64,000 nt of DNA from Armatimonadota bacterium (GCA_026392115.1 JAPLCQ010000031.1:26776-90775), one strand, 5' to 3'; positions 1 to 9,182 are shown, counted from the first letter of the stretch. Numbers and translations: made by a program. Notes: generated by a model not told the origin, from the letters alone.

Positions 1-821
1 AACCGTCCGAGTTCCTGAAGCCCGCCTTGGCGCTGATGATCGCGCGCGTCGTCACGTGGCCGGGGATCGACCTTCGTGCGTCCATCCGATCATTCGCCTG
101 GCCCGCCGGCATCGCGCTGTTCTGCTTCCTCGCGGTGGAGCGCGAGCCCGACATGGGTACGGGCCTGGTGCTGCTCGCCATTGCCCTGGCGGTCTTCTTT
201 CTCGCCGGCGCGCGGATCAAGCATCTCGTCACGGGGTCCGCGCTGGCCATGGTCGGGTTGGCGGTTGCCATCAAGCTCCTTCACTTCAGGAGCGGCCGTA
301 TCCCGGCCTTCTTTGATCCCGAAGGCCACCGCTGGACGACCGGGTTCCAGATTGTGCACAGTCTGGTCGCCGTCGCCAGGAGCGGTGTTGCCGGTGTCGG
401 CTTCGGGCTGGGAGCGGGCAAATCGGTACTCCCGGTCGCCGGCAGCGACTACGTATTCGCCACCGTTGCCGAGGAACTGGGTCTTGTTGGCTCTGTGCTG
501 GTCATTGGCGGGCTCGTGTTCGTCATTATGCGCCTCTTGCAGATCGCCTCGCGGGCTCCGGACCGCCGCATGCGCCTTGCGGCCGGCGGGATATGCCTCG
601 GTCTCGCGGCGCAGGTGCTGCTGAACATCGCCGTCGTCACCAACTGCCTGCCCTCCACCGGCGTCCCGCTGCCCTTCATCTCGGACGGCGGATCGTCCAT
701 GGTGGCCAGTCTCATGTCGGTAGGCATCGTGCTCTCGCTGGGGCAGTCTCGTCCGGACCAGGAATCCGTGGCCGTCGATGGGCTGTCGAGCAGGCCGGCG
801 CGTCGCGGCGCCGTGGCCTAG
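1..821 (+). CDS. ftsW: FtsW/SEDS-family peptidoglycan glycosyltransferase, C-terminal part (5' end lies outside the window; reading phase starts at nt 3)
   Basis: ORF is open to the window edge. SEDS motifs SDYVFATVAEELG and PLPFISDGGSS are present, with multiple hydrophobic helices. It lies directly upstream of murG, as in dcw clusters. Confidence 0.85.
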   Translation, partial: PSEFLKPALALMIARVVTWPGIDLRASIRSFAWPAGIALFCFLAVEREPDMGTGLVLLAIALAVFFLAGARIKHLVTGSALAMVGLAVAIKLLHFRSGRIPAFFDPEGHRWTTGFQIVHSLVAVARSGVAGVGFGLGAGKSVLPVAGSDYVFATVAEELGLVGSVLVIGGLVFVIMRLLQIASRAPDRRMRLAAGGICLGLAAQVLLNIAVVTNCLPSTGVPLPFISDGGSSMVASLMSVGIVLSLGQSRPDQESVAVDGLSSRPARRGAVA

Positions 822-836
822 GCCTGGCCCCGCGAC

Positions 837-1940
837 GTGAAGATCGCGCTTACCGGCGGCGGTAGCGGGGGGCACGCCGCCCCGGCGATCGCCGTGGCCG
901 AGGCACTGCGTCTCCTCGAGCCGCAGGCGGAGCTGTTGTACATCGGTAGCCGCGGCGGCATGGAGGAGGGCCTGGCCCAGCGGTCAGGGCTCTCGTACCG
1001 GGGTATCACCGCCCGGAAAATACAGCGGGCTACACCGCTTGCCATGGTGGGTGTTGGGCTGTCGCTGGTCCGAGGGCTGGCGGAGTCCATCCGGCTGCTT
1101 CGCTCCTTTGGGCCGGACGCGATTCTGGGGACCGGGGGATACGCCGCCGCCTCGGCGGTGCGGGCCGCCTGCGCCCTCGGCATACCGGCCGTGATCCACG
1201 AACAGAACGTCATGCCCGGGCGCACCAACAGGTGGCTGGCGCGCTTTGGAGCCCGCGTCTGCATCTCCACGCCTGCGGGGGCGGCGCACTGGCCCGCGGG
1301 CGAGGCCACGCTTACCGGATTACCGTTGCGATCAGCGGCCATCACGCGCCATGGGGCCGCCGAGGCGCGTTCGGCGCTGGGTTTCGATCCCGCGCGGCCG
1401 GTTCTGCTGGTGATGGGCGGCAGCCAGGGCGCCCAGAGCGTGAACGCCGTGGTCTACGCCGCGGCTCCACTGCTGCCTGAGGCGGTCCAGGTGCTGCACC
1501 AGACAGGCGCGGCGGGCATTGACGCCGCACAGCGCGTGGCCCGGTCACTCGGCCCCGATCGCTATGCGTGCCATGCCTTCATGGACGCCGACCTCCTTTC
1601 GATGGCCTATGCCTCGGCCACGGCGGCGTTGTGTCGGTGCGGTGCGTCGACGCTGGCGGAGTGCCACGTGCACGGCGTGCCGACACTCATGACGCCCCTT
1701 CCCAGTGCATATGCCGACCACCAGCGGCACAACGCCCTTGAAGCCGAGGCCGCCGGTGCAGGTATCCTGCTGCCACAGGCCGAGCTTACGGCCGAACGCC
1801 TTGTGGCGGAGGTCTCGGGTCTGCTGGCGGCGCCGGATCGTCTGCGGGCGCTGGGCGACGCCGCCCAGGCGATGGCGGCACCTGATGCGGCTGAACGAGT
1901 GGCGCGGCTGTTGCTGGAGACGGCATCGAGGAGGAGGTAG
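837..1940 (+). CDS. murG: MurG, UDP-GlcNAc:lipid I N-acetylglucosaminyltransferase
   Basis: GTG start. N-terminus MKIALTGGGSGGHAAPAIAVAEAL is the MurG glycine loop; C-terminal half has LVMGGSQGA. dcw context. Confidence 0.9.
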   Translation: MKIALTGGGSGGHAAPAIAVAEALRLLEPQAELLYIGSRGGMEEGLAQRSGLSYRGITARKIQRATPLAMVGVGLSLVRGLAESIRLLRSFGPDAILGTGGYAAASAVRAACALGIPAVIHEQNVMPGRTNRWLARFGARVCISTPAGAAHWPAGEATLTGLPLRSAAITRHGAAEARSALGFDPARPVLLVMGGSQGAQSVNAVVYAAAPLLPEAVQVLHQTGAAGIDAAQRVARSLGPDRYACHAFMDADLLSMAYASATAALCRCGASTLAECHVHGVPTLMTPLPSAYADHQRHNALEAEAAGAGILLPQAELTAERLVAEVSGLLAAPDRLRALGDAAQAMAAPDAAERVARLLLETASRRR

Positions 1941-1943
1941 ACG

Positions 1944-3353
1944 GTGACGGAGAGGCGTTCGGTGCACCTGATGGGCATTGGCGGCATAGGGGTGAGCGCC
2001 CTGGCGCGCATTTCCCTGAGCCGTGGATGGCGTGTGACCGGGTGTGACCGAAGCGAGAGCCCGTTGCTGGCGAAGCTCCGAGACGAAGGCGCCGAGATCG
2101 CCGTGGGGCATGGCGCCGACCATGTGTCGCGCTTTCGACCGGACCTTCTCATCTACACGGCCGCCGTGCCGGAGGCGCACCCCGAACTGCATGCCGCGCG
2201 CATGGCCGGGGTCGAGGTCGTCGGCAGGGCAGAGTATCTTGGCCGCCTGATGGCCGACCACCCGGGCCCGCGCGTCTCCGTCGCCGGATCCCACGGGAAG
2301 AGTACCACCACGGGCATGGTGACCTGTGCGCTGTCGGCTGCCGGCATCGATCCCACCTGCTTGATCGGAGCCGAGTACCGGCCTATCGCCGGGAATGTGC
2401 GCCTGGGCGCATCGGGCGTCTTCGTCACCGAGAGCTGCGAGGCCTACTCGTCGTTCCACGCGCTTCGGCCCGACGTCGCAGTCCTCACTTCGGCCGACGC
2501 CGACCATCTCGACCACTACGGGACCGCTGAGGCGGTGCTTGCGAGCTTTGTGCGCTTCTGCGAAGGCATCTCACGCGGCGGCAAGCTCATCTACTGCGCC
2601 GATGATCCCTCCGCCGTCGAAGTGGCGCGCCGCGTGGCGGCCACCCGTCCTGACGTGTCGCAGACGCCCTACAGCTCGGTTGCCGCGCTGGATGACGGCT
2701 GGATCGCCGTGGGCGCCTCCCAGCAGGAGGGGCGGACCGCGGCGGCTGTCATCCGGAGGGTTGGCGCCGGCGATCTGCGCCACGTGCCGTTGACCCTCCG
2801 TGTGCCCGGTGAGTACAACGTGCGCAACGCGCTGGCCGCACTGGCCGTGTCGGAGGCCTGCGGAGCCGACGTGGATGTCGCGGCGCAGGCGCTCGCGACC
2901 TTTGCGGGCGTTGGCCGCCGCTTTGAGCTGGTCGGCGAGAGGGCGGGCGTTGAGGTGTGGGACGATTACGCCCACCACCCGACTGAGATCAGTGCGCTAC
3001 TCGGGGGAGTGCGTACCAGGCGCCCCGGCCGCCGCCTCGTCGTCGTGTTTCAGCCGCACCTCTATAGCCGCACCCGCGACTTCATGCAGGGCTTCGCAGA
3101 GGCGTTGGCGGCGGCGGACATGGTGATCATTGATCGAATCTATGCGGCTCGTGAGCCCGATACGATGGGCGTGCACGGGTCGCATCTCGTGGCCGCGATC
3201 GGCGCTGTGAACCCGGACAAGACTGTGTTGTACGCCGACACCGACGCGGAGGCCGTGGGGTACCTGAGACGGCTCACACGGGCCGGGGACGTCGTCCTGA
3301 CCGTGGGCGCCGGGGATGTGGACGCCATCGGCCGGGCGTTCGTGGCGGCATGA
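1944..3353 (+). CDS. murC: MurC, UDP-N-acetylmuramate--L-alanine ligase
   Basis: Begins 4 nt after the murG stop. Has HLMGIGGIGVSALA and the Mur-ligase P-loop GSHGKSTTT, plus the C-terminal DDYAHHPTEI motif. Confidence 0.9.
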   Translation: MTERRSVHLMGIGGIGVSALARISLSRGWRVTGCDRSESPLLAKLRDEGAEIAVGHGADHVSRFRPDLLIYTAAVPEAHPELHAARMAGVEVVGRAEYLGRLMADHPGPRVSVAGSHGKSTTTGMVTCALSAAGIDPTCLIGAEYRPIAGNVRLGASGVFVTESCEAYSSFHALRPDVAVLTSADADHLDHYGTAEAVLASFVRFCEGISRGGKLIYCADDPSAVEVARRVAATRPDVSQTPYSSVAALDDGWIAVGASQQEGRTAAAVIRRVGAGDLRHVPLTLRVPGEYNVRNALAALAVSEACGADVDVAAQALATFAGVGRRFELVGERAGVEVWDDYAHHPTEISALLGGVRTRRPGRRLVVVFQPHLYSRTRDFMQGFAEALAAADMVIIDRIYAAREPDTMGVHGSHLVAAIGAVNPDKTVLYADTDAEAVGYLRRLTRAGDVVLTVGAGDVDAIGRAFVAA

Positions 3354-3386
3354 ACCGGCGACTCGGTCGAGAGTGGAGGGCGGGAG

Positions 3387-4190
3387 ATGAGCAACAGGTC
3401 CCGTAGCGCCGGCTGGGCGCCTCCCGTGGCGCGGTACAACCGACGAGCCCGGCGTTCCTTCGCGTCGGTGGCCGCCGCATGGCTGGCGGTTATCCTTGCC
3501 GTTGAGTTGGGGGCTGCCGTCTACTCGTCGCCGATGCTCGATATCAAGACCGTCACCTTTCGCCTTGATCCTGCCGCCACCGCCGAGGAGAGGGCCGCGG
3601 TGCGCAGGGCCGCCACGGTCCAGCCGGGCACGAGCCTTCCCGCGTTCCCGTCCGGGCGCCTGGAGGCCGATCTGCGCAAGCAGACCTGGGTTCAGGGCGC
3701 ATGGGTAGCCAAGGGCCTCAAGGGTCTCACCGTGACGGTCGCCGCCCGCAAGGCAGCCGCCGTGCTGCAGGGCGCGGCTGGTCCCTGGGAGATCGACGCC
3801 AACGGCTGCGCGGTCCGGCCCGCCCGGCCACGGACCGGCCTTCCCATGGTCACCATTCAGGCGGAGTGGTACCCCACCGCCGGCAAACGCGTGGCCGGCT
3901 CGCCCTTGGACGCCGCGCTGATCGTCTTGGCCCGCTCGGGGCGCCTGAGCCCCGTGCAAGTTCGCAGCGTCGTCGTTGATCGCAATGTGGATGTGTGGTT
4001 AACTACTTCGGACGACCTCGAGGTCCGTCTGGGGCAGGCGACCAACTTGCCGGACAAGATGGCGCGGCTCGCGAGGCTCTACGCCAAGGAGCCGCGACTG
4101 GGCAAGAAGCTCAGTGTGGTCAATCTGCAATCGCTCAAGTGGCTCTCCTGCGTTGAGCGCGGCTCGCCATCCGGGGCGAAGCCGCTGTGA
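3387..4190 (+). CDS. ftsQ: FtsQ/DivIB-like cell division protein
   Basis: Basic N-terminus, a single TM helix (AAWLAVILAVELGAAVY), then a POTRA-like region. Located between murC and ftsA. Confidence 0.7.
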   Translation: MSNRSRSAGWAPPVARYNRRARRSFASVAAAWLAVILAVELGAAVYSSPMLDIKTVTFRLDPAATAEERAAVRRAATVQPGTSLPAFPSGRLEADLRKQTWVQGAWVAKGLKGLTVTVAARKAAAVLQGAAGPWEIDANGCAVRPARPRTGLPMVTIQAEWYPTAGKRVAGSPLDAALIVLARSGRLSPVQVRSVVVDRNVDVWLTTSDDLEVRLGQATNLPDKMARLARLYAKEPRLGKKLSVVNLQSLKWLSCVERGSPSGAKPL

Positions 4191-4228
4191 CCGGCTCGGT
4201 CGCCCTACGTTTCTAAACCCACTGATTC

Positions 4229-5005
4229 ATGAATGTATTCACTGCAAATATACGCCACCAACCCTGGGTGTGGCAGGTCACGTCGCTCTGCTTTGTGCTG
4301 GGCTTGCTCGTTACCGTCTCGCTGCAGACGGTGTCGAGCATCCGCCAGTCCGGGGCGGGTACGGGCCGAGTGGGCGGGCCGCCCCTGGCCATGACGTCGC
4401 TTTCCGAGACGGTGCGCAAGCGCGAGAAGGAGATCTCCGACCTCCGCGAGAAGCAGACCCAACTCGAGAACACGATGGCGCACGGCAATGATCGTCTGAA
4501 GACGCTCAATGACGAGCTACAGAAGACGAAGATGCTTGCGGGCCTGACCGAAGTGACCGGCCCAGGCATCATCCTGACCCTGAATGACAGTGCGCGCCGT
4601 CCGCCCTCTAACCGGGCCTTTGAGCAGGAGCGCTACAACATCCACGACTACGACCTGCAGACCGTCGTGAATGAACTGGGCGCCAGCGGAGCCGAGGCGC
4701 TCTCCATCAACGGTCAGCGGTTCATCAGCCGGACATCCATCCGGTGCGTAGGGCCGACCATCCTCGTCAATGCCGTTCCCATGACCCCGCCGTACCATGT
4801 GCAGGCCATCGGCGATCCGCTCACGCTGGCCGGGGCGCTCAATCTGCCGGGCGGGTACTTGGATAACCTGCGCCAGACCGACCCGGGCATGTTCCGCCTT
4901 GAGAAGAGGGCGTTGCTGAGCATTCCCGACTACACGGGCAGCACCGAGGTGCGGTATATGCGGCCGGCCGACGCCGAAGGCTCATCCCGGAGGCGGCGCC
5001 GATGA
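4229..5005 (+). CDS. DUF881-family division-associated membrane protein (YlxW/YlxX-like)
   Basis: N-terminal TM helix, a coiled-coil segment, and the DUF881 hallmark TGPGIILTLND...GAEALSINGQRF...PPYHVQAIGD. Confidence 0.75.
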   Translation: MNVFTANIRHQPWVWQVTSLCFVLGLLVTVSLQTVSSIRQSGAGTGRVGGPPLAMTSLSETVRKREKEISDLREKQTQLENTMAHGNDRLKTLNDELQKTKMLAGLTEVTGPGIILTLNDSARRPPSNRAFEQERYNIHDYDLQTVVNELGASGAEALSINGQRFISRTSIRCVGPTILVNAVPMTPPYHVQAIGDPLTLAGALNLPGGYLDNLRQTDPGMFRLEKRALLSIPDYTGSTEVRYMRPADAEGSSRRRRR

Positions 5006-5388
5006 GAGGCTGGATGCCCGTGGCGGGCCTGTTGGCCGGCGTTCTGCTTGGCCTCTTCGGCTATCCGCTCCTCAATATCAGCCCGGAGGTGGCGAGCGCC
5101 TACGCGCCCTACCTGTCGCTGGCCACGCTGGCGGGTCTCGATACCGTCCTGGGTGGTGTTCGGGCAGGCATTGAGGGGCGCTTCCAGGACGACATCTTCG
5201 TCAGCGGCTTCCTCTTGAACACGCTGCTTGCGGCCGGCCTCGCATTCGTGGGTGATCGCATCGGCGTCGACCTCTTCCTTGCCGCGGTAGTTGCGCTGGG
5301 GTCGCGCGTGTTCCTGAACCTGTCCCTGATTCGGCGGTACGGGTTAACGAAGATGGCGTTGAACCGGCGTAAGGACGGCAGCGCCTAG
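5002..5388 (+). CDS. sbp: Small basic protein Sbp (DUF1290) membrane protein
   Basis: 4-nt overlap with the DUF881 gene. 128 aa, four hydrophobic segments, basic tail. Same ylxX-sbp-ftsA order as in Firmicutes. Confidence 0.6.
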   Translation: MRGWMPVAGLLAGVLLGLFGYPLLNISPEVASAYAPYLSLATLAGLDTVLGGVRAGIEGRFQDDIFVSGFLLNTLLAAGLAFVGDRIGVDLFLAAVVALGSRVFLNLSLIRRYGLTKMALNRRKDGSA

Positions 5389-5411
5389 GAGCGTTGCGGC
5401 AGGAGTAGACT

Positions 5412-6656
5412 TTGGGCAGGGAAACCTGGGTGGCCGGCCTTGATATCGGGTCCACGAAGACGTGCTGTGTCGTTGCGTGCGTGGACGAAGCAGGCGACAC
5501 GGCAGTCGCCGGCGTAGGTGTGGCCGTGAACACCGGGGTCAGGCGTGGCGCCGTGGTGGACATCGAACTCACGGCGGCGTCCATCCGCGAGGCCGTTGGG
5601 CGCGCATCGTCACAGGCCGGCATCGCCGTATCGGCGCTCCACGTCGGCGTGACCGGTGAGCATATCGTCGGCCAGAACTCGCGCGGCGTCACCGCCATCG
5701 TGGACCACGACCAGGACATCACGGAAGAGGACCGCTTGCGCGCTCTGCGCCAGGCGCGCGTCATCGTGGTCCCGCCGGATCGAACCATCCTCCACGCCTT
5801 GCCCCGAGGCTACGTGGTGGATGGGCACGAGGGGGTGCGGCATCCCGTGGGCATGTCGGGCGCCCGGCTGGAGGTCGAGGCGCACATCGTGACGGCCGGG
5901 CAGACCTTCCTGGCGAACATTCGCAAGTGCGTCGAGCGGGCCGGGTACTACTGCGCGGATATGTTCTTGGAACCGATCGCCGCCGGCGACGCAGCACTCG
6001 CCGACGGTGACCTGACGCAAGGCGTCTGCCTGGTCGACATCGGCGGCGAGGTCACCAACGTCGCCGTTTTCGACGAGCTGGGTATATACTACACATCCGT
6101 TCTTCCGCTGGGCGGGCGCCATGTCACGGCTGACATCGCACAACTCCTCCGTGTCAGCGCGGAGGAGGCGGAGCGTCTCAAGGTTTCCCATGGCGGCGCC
6201 ATGCCGGCTGCTGTGGCAGAAGACGAACTGGTCGGTGTTCACCAGATCGGTCGCGCCGAGGCTCGGCCGTTCAGGCGTCGAGCGCTGTGCCAGATTATGG
6301 AGGCGCGTGTCCGCGAGATTTTCGATCTGGTGCAGGACGAGATGGTCAAGTGCGGCGCCGACGTGCGCGCCGCAGGCGGCATCGTCCTGATCGGCGGTAC
6401 GGCAGCGATGCCGGGGATACGCGAATGCGCCGCGGCGCAGACGGGCCTTCCTGTGCGTTTGGGAGGCCCTGTAGGCGTTTCGGGGCTCTCGGACGCGGTG
6501 GCCGGGTCTGCGTGTTGTACGGCGTTGGGACTGGCCCTCCGCGCGGCTTCCGCGGCGCACATGGCCTCGGCGCCGACAGGCATGTTCGCCGTGCTGGTGG
6601 AGTGGTGGCGCAGGTTCCGGAGCGTCTTTCGACCGCACTCCGGCGGTGGACGCTAG
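5412..6656 (+). CDS. ftsA: FtsA, actin-like cell division protein
   Basis: TTG start with AGGAG 6 nt upstream. Actin-fold motifs GLDIGSTKTC and LVDIGGEVTNV. C-terminal amphipathic tail FAVLVEWWRRFRSVF. Confidence 0.9.
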   Translation: MGRETWVAGLDIGSTKTCCVVACVDEAGDTAVAGVGVAVNTGVRRGAVVDIELTAASIREAVGRASSQAGIAVSALHVGVTGEHIVGQNSRGVTAIVDHDQDITEEDRLRALRQARVIVVPPDRTILHALPRGYVVDGHEGVRHPVGMSGARLEVEAHIVTAGQTFLANIRKCVERAGYYCADMFLEPIAAGDAALADGDLTQGVCLVDIGGEVTNVAVFDELGIYYTSVLPLGGRHVTADIAQLLRVSAEEAERLKVSHGGAMPAAVAEDELVGVHQIGRAEARPFRRRALCQIMEARVREIFDLVQDEMVKCGADVRAAGGIVLIGGTAAMPGIRECAAAQTGLPVRLGGPVGVSGLSDAVAGSACCTALGLALRAASAAHMASAPTGMFAVLVEWWRRFRSVFRPHSGGGR

Positions 6657-6670
6657 CTCGACGCTTGGCT

Positions 6671-6697
6671 GCTTTTATATCATTATGAATTCATAGC
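6671..6697 (+). promoter_or_regulatory. AT-rich island with the 12-bp perfect palindrome TATGAATTCATA (6684-6695), just upstream of ftsZ-1
   Basis: gcttttatatcattatgaattcatagcc stands out in GC-rich DNA, in the ftsA-ftsZ gap. I could not fit a clean -35/-10 pair. Confidence 0.25.
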
Positions 6698-6709
6698 CTC
6701 ACTCTGGGG

Positions 6710-7999
6710 GTGGGTCGAATGGCTGATCAATCTGGGTTGCACCCGGCGGCTGACGTGAGCGGCGCGAGGATTCGTGTCGTCGGCGTCGGTGGTGCGGGCA
6801 CGAACGCCGTTAACCGAATGATCGAGGCCGGCCTCTCCGGCGTCGAGTTCATCGCGATGAACACGGACGCCCTGGTGCTGGAGACCTCTCTGGCGCCGGT
6901 GCGCCTGCACCTGGGCGAGGATCACGTGCGCGGCCTGGGCGCGGGAGGTAGGCCCGAAGTGGGCCGGGCTGCCGCCGAGCAGAGCAAGAGCGAAATCAAG
7001 CGCCTCCTGGACAAGTCGGACATGGTGTTCATTACAGCCGGCATGGGCGGCGGCACGGGGACGGGCGCCGCGCCGGTAGTCGCCGAGGTCGCCCGCGAGA
7101 TGGGCGCCCTCACCGTGGCGGTGGTCACCAAGCCCTTCGCGTTTGAGGGCCCCGTGCGCGGCCGCACGGCCGAACAGGGCGTTGACGCCCTCCGCTCGAC
7201 AGTGGACACCGTGATTACTGTGCCCAATGATCGCCTCCTCTCCATTGCCGACAAACGCGTGACGCTGGTCGATGCTTTCCGTATGGCCGACGAGGTCCTG
7301 CGCCAGGGCGTGCAGGGCATATCGGATATCATTACCATCGCGGGCGTCGTAAATGTCGACTTTGCCGACGTTGAGGCCACGATGCGCATGGCAGGCACCG
7401 CCATCATGGGCGTAGGCGCTGCATCCGGCGATCGACGAGCCGTGGAGGCCGCCCGGTTGGCCATCTCGTCGCCGTTGCTGGAGTGTTCCATTGAAGGCGC
7501 CCTGCGGGTGCTGATCAACGTCACCTCGGGTCCGGACCTGACGCTGCCGGAGGTCCATGAGGCGACGCAGATGGTTACGGATCTCTGCGACCCGCGCGAC
7601 GCCAATATCTACTTCGGCTGGGTTTGCGATCCCGACATGGTGGGCGAGGTCCGGGTCACCGTCCTGGCGACTGGATTCGGCTCGAGCCCGAGTAGCTCCG
7701 CCGCCCGAAGCGCCGCCGCGGCGGTTCCCAAGCCGGCGGCTCCCGCTCCGCCGGCGCCGGAGCCCCGGCGGGTGGCAGAGCCCTACCGCCTGCCCGAAGC
7801 TGTGACAACCGCCCCTGTGGCCGCCCCCGTGGCCGTGGCCGTGGCGCCCGTGGCAGCGCCCGCGCCGCCGCCCGCCGACGAGATCAGGCTGCCGGACCTG
7901 GCGCTGGACAATCGCCGGGCCGGTGCGCGCCGGGCTCCGGCGGACCGGGCCGCAGGCGAAGAAGCGTTGCAGATGCCGGCGTTCCTGCGCCGCGGTTAA
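6710..7999 (+). CDS. ftsZ: FtsZ paralog 1, with a long Pro/Ala-rich linker of about 105 aa (alternative ATG start at 6719)
   Basis: [15 protein letters not shown], tubulin signature [11 protein letters not shown]7 loop NVDFADV, and C-terminal peptide LQMPAFLRRG. Confidence 0.95.
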   Translation: MGRMADQSGLHPAADVSGARIRVVGVGGAGTNAVNRMIEAGLSGVEFIAMNTDALVLETSLAPVRLHLGEDHVRGLGAGGRPEVGRAAAEQSKSEIKRLLDKSDMVFITAGMGGGTGTGAAPVVAEVAREMGALTVAVVTKPFAFEGPVRGRTAEQGVDALRSTVDTVITVPNDRLLSIADKRVTLVDAFRMADEVLRQGVQGISDIITIAGVVNVDFADVEATMRMAGTAIMGVGAASGDRRAVEAARLAISSPLLECSIEGALRVLINVTSGPDLTLPEVHEATQMVTDLCDPRDANIYFGWVCDPDMVGEVRVTVLATGFGSSPSSSAARSAAAAVPKPAAPAPPAPEPRRVAEPYRLPEAVTTAPVAAPVAVAVAPVAAPAPPPADEIRLPDLALDNRRAGARRAPADRAAGEEALQMPAFLRRG

Positions 8000-8025
8000 C
8001 GAACCTCAAGGCATAACGCGAACGC

Positions 8026-8052
8026 GAGGCGACCGACCGGCTCGGTCGCCTC
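8026..8052 (+). terminator. Stem-loop between the two ftsZ genes: 11-bp perfect stem gaggcgaccga/tcggtcgcctc, loop ccggc, no U-tract
   Basis: Arms at 8026-8036 and 8042-8052 are exact reverse complements. It could act as a partial terminator or a processing/stability element. Confidence 0.35.
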
Positions 8053-8081
8053 CGTTCATGCGTGGGCAGATAGTGGAGTAG

Positions 8082-9182
8082 GTGAGCATGGGCGCATTCA
8101 ACGCAGGTGGTCCCGGCGCGGTCATCAAGGTCGTGGGCGTGGGCGGCGGCGGCACCAACGCCGTGAACCGAATGATCGAGGCCGGTCTGGGTGGCGTCGA
8201 GTTCATCGCTATGAACACGGACCGACTGGTCCTCGATGTCTCGCTGTCGCCGGTCAAGATGCGGCTGGGCGAGAACCGCACGCGCGGGCTCGGCGCCGGC
8301 GGAGATCCCGACGTGGGTCACCAGGCCGCCGAAGAGAGCCGCTCGGACATCCGCAAGGAGCTCGAGGGCGCCGATATGGTGTTCATCACGGCCGGCATGG
8401 GCGGCGGCACCGGCACCGGCGCCGCGCCCGTGATCGCCGAGATCGCCCGGAGCCTGAACGCCCTGACCGTTGCGGTGGTCACCAAGCCCTTCAACTTCGA
8501 GGGGCCGCGCCGGATGCGGACCGCCGAAGAAGGCATCGACAAGCTGAAGCAGTCTGTGGACACCGTCATCACAGTTCCGAACGACCGCCTGCTGAGCCTC
8601 GGTGACCGCCGCATGACCCTGGTAGACGCCTTCCGTATGGCCGATGACGTGCTGCGGCAGGGCGTTCAAGGCATCTCGGACATCATCACGATCCCGGGCC
8701 TGATCAACGTCGACTTTGCCGACGTCCGCTCCACCATGGAGAGCGCCGGCACCGCCCTCATGGGGATCGGCGTGGCCCACGGCGACCATCGTGCCGTGGA
8801 AGCGGCCCAGGCGGCGATCTCCAGCCCGCTTCTGGAGACCACCATCGACGGGGCGCGCAAGGTGTTGATCAACCTCACCTCGGGTCCCGACCTGGCGCTG
8901 GCCGAGGCGCACGAGGCCGCTCAGATGATCAGCGGCTTGTGCGACCTGAAGGAGGCGAGCATCATCCTGGGTTGGGTGATGGACCCCGACATGGAGGGGC
9001 AGCTTCGCGTCACGGTACTGGCGGCGGGGTTCGGTCCGCGCCCGGTGGTGCGGCCGGCGGTAACCGTCCGTCCCGCAGCCCCGGGGCCCGCGGCTCCCGC
9101 GCCGCCGCCGCCGACCCCGCCGCGCACCGAGACGAAGGCGATCGATCTGCCCAGCTTCGTCAACCGTCCGGGTTCAGAGTAG
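8082..9182 (+). CDS. ftsZ: FtsZ paralog 2, with a short linker of about 48 aa (alternative ATG start at 8088)
   Basis: [36 protein letters not shown], and C-terminal peptide IDLPSFV. My hand alignment to paralog 1 is ungapped over about 305 core residues, with 84 mismatches (about 72% identity). Confidence 0.93.
   Translation: MSMGAFNAGGPGAVIKVVGVGGGGTNAVNRMIEAGLGGVEFIAMNTDRLVLDVSLSPVKMRLGENRTRGLGAGGDPDVGHQAAEESRSDIRKELEGADMVFITAGMGGGTGTGAAPVIAEIARSLNALTVAVVTKPFNFEGPRRMRTAEEGIDKLKQSVDTVITVPNDRLLSLGDRRMTLVDAFRMADDVLRQGVQGISDIITIPGLINVDFADVRSTMESAGTALMGIGVAHGDHRAVEAAQAAISSPLLETTIDGARKVLINLTSGPDLALAEAHEAAQMISGLCDLKEASIILGWVMDPDMEGQLRVTVLAAGFGPRPVVRPAVTVRPAAPGPAAPAPPPPTPPRTETKAIDLPSFVNRPGSE

Noticed and set aside
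7680-7900. Repetitive GC-rich DNA (gcc/ccg-rich, encoding APVAAPVAVAVAPVAAPAPPP) flagged as a possible repeat element
   Set aside because: It is the codon-level reflection of the Pro/Ala-rich disordered FtsZ linker. It is in frame and continuous with the C-terminal peptide, so it is not an independent element.
4189-8050. Exact 16-nt repeat gaccggctcggtcgcc in two dcw intergenic hairpins (4189-4204 and 8035-8050), a possible REP-like element
   Set aside because: My rough estimate is that one exact 16-mer pair in a 64-kb GC-biased window is not far from chance expectation. Flanks do not align, and there are only two copies.
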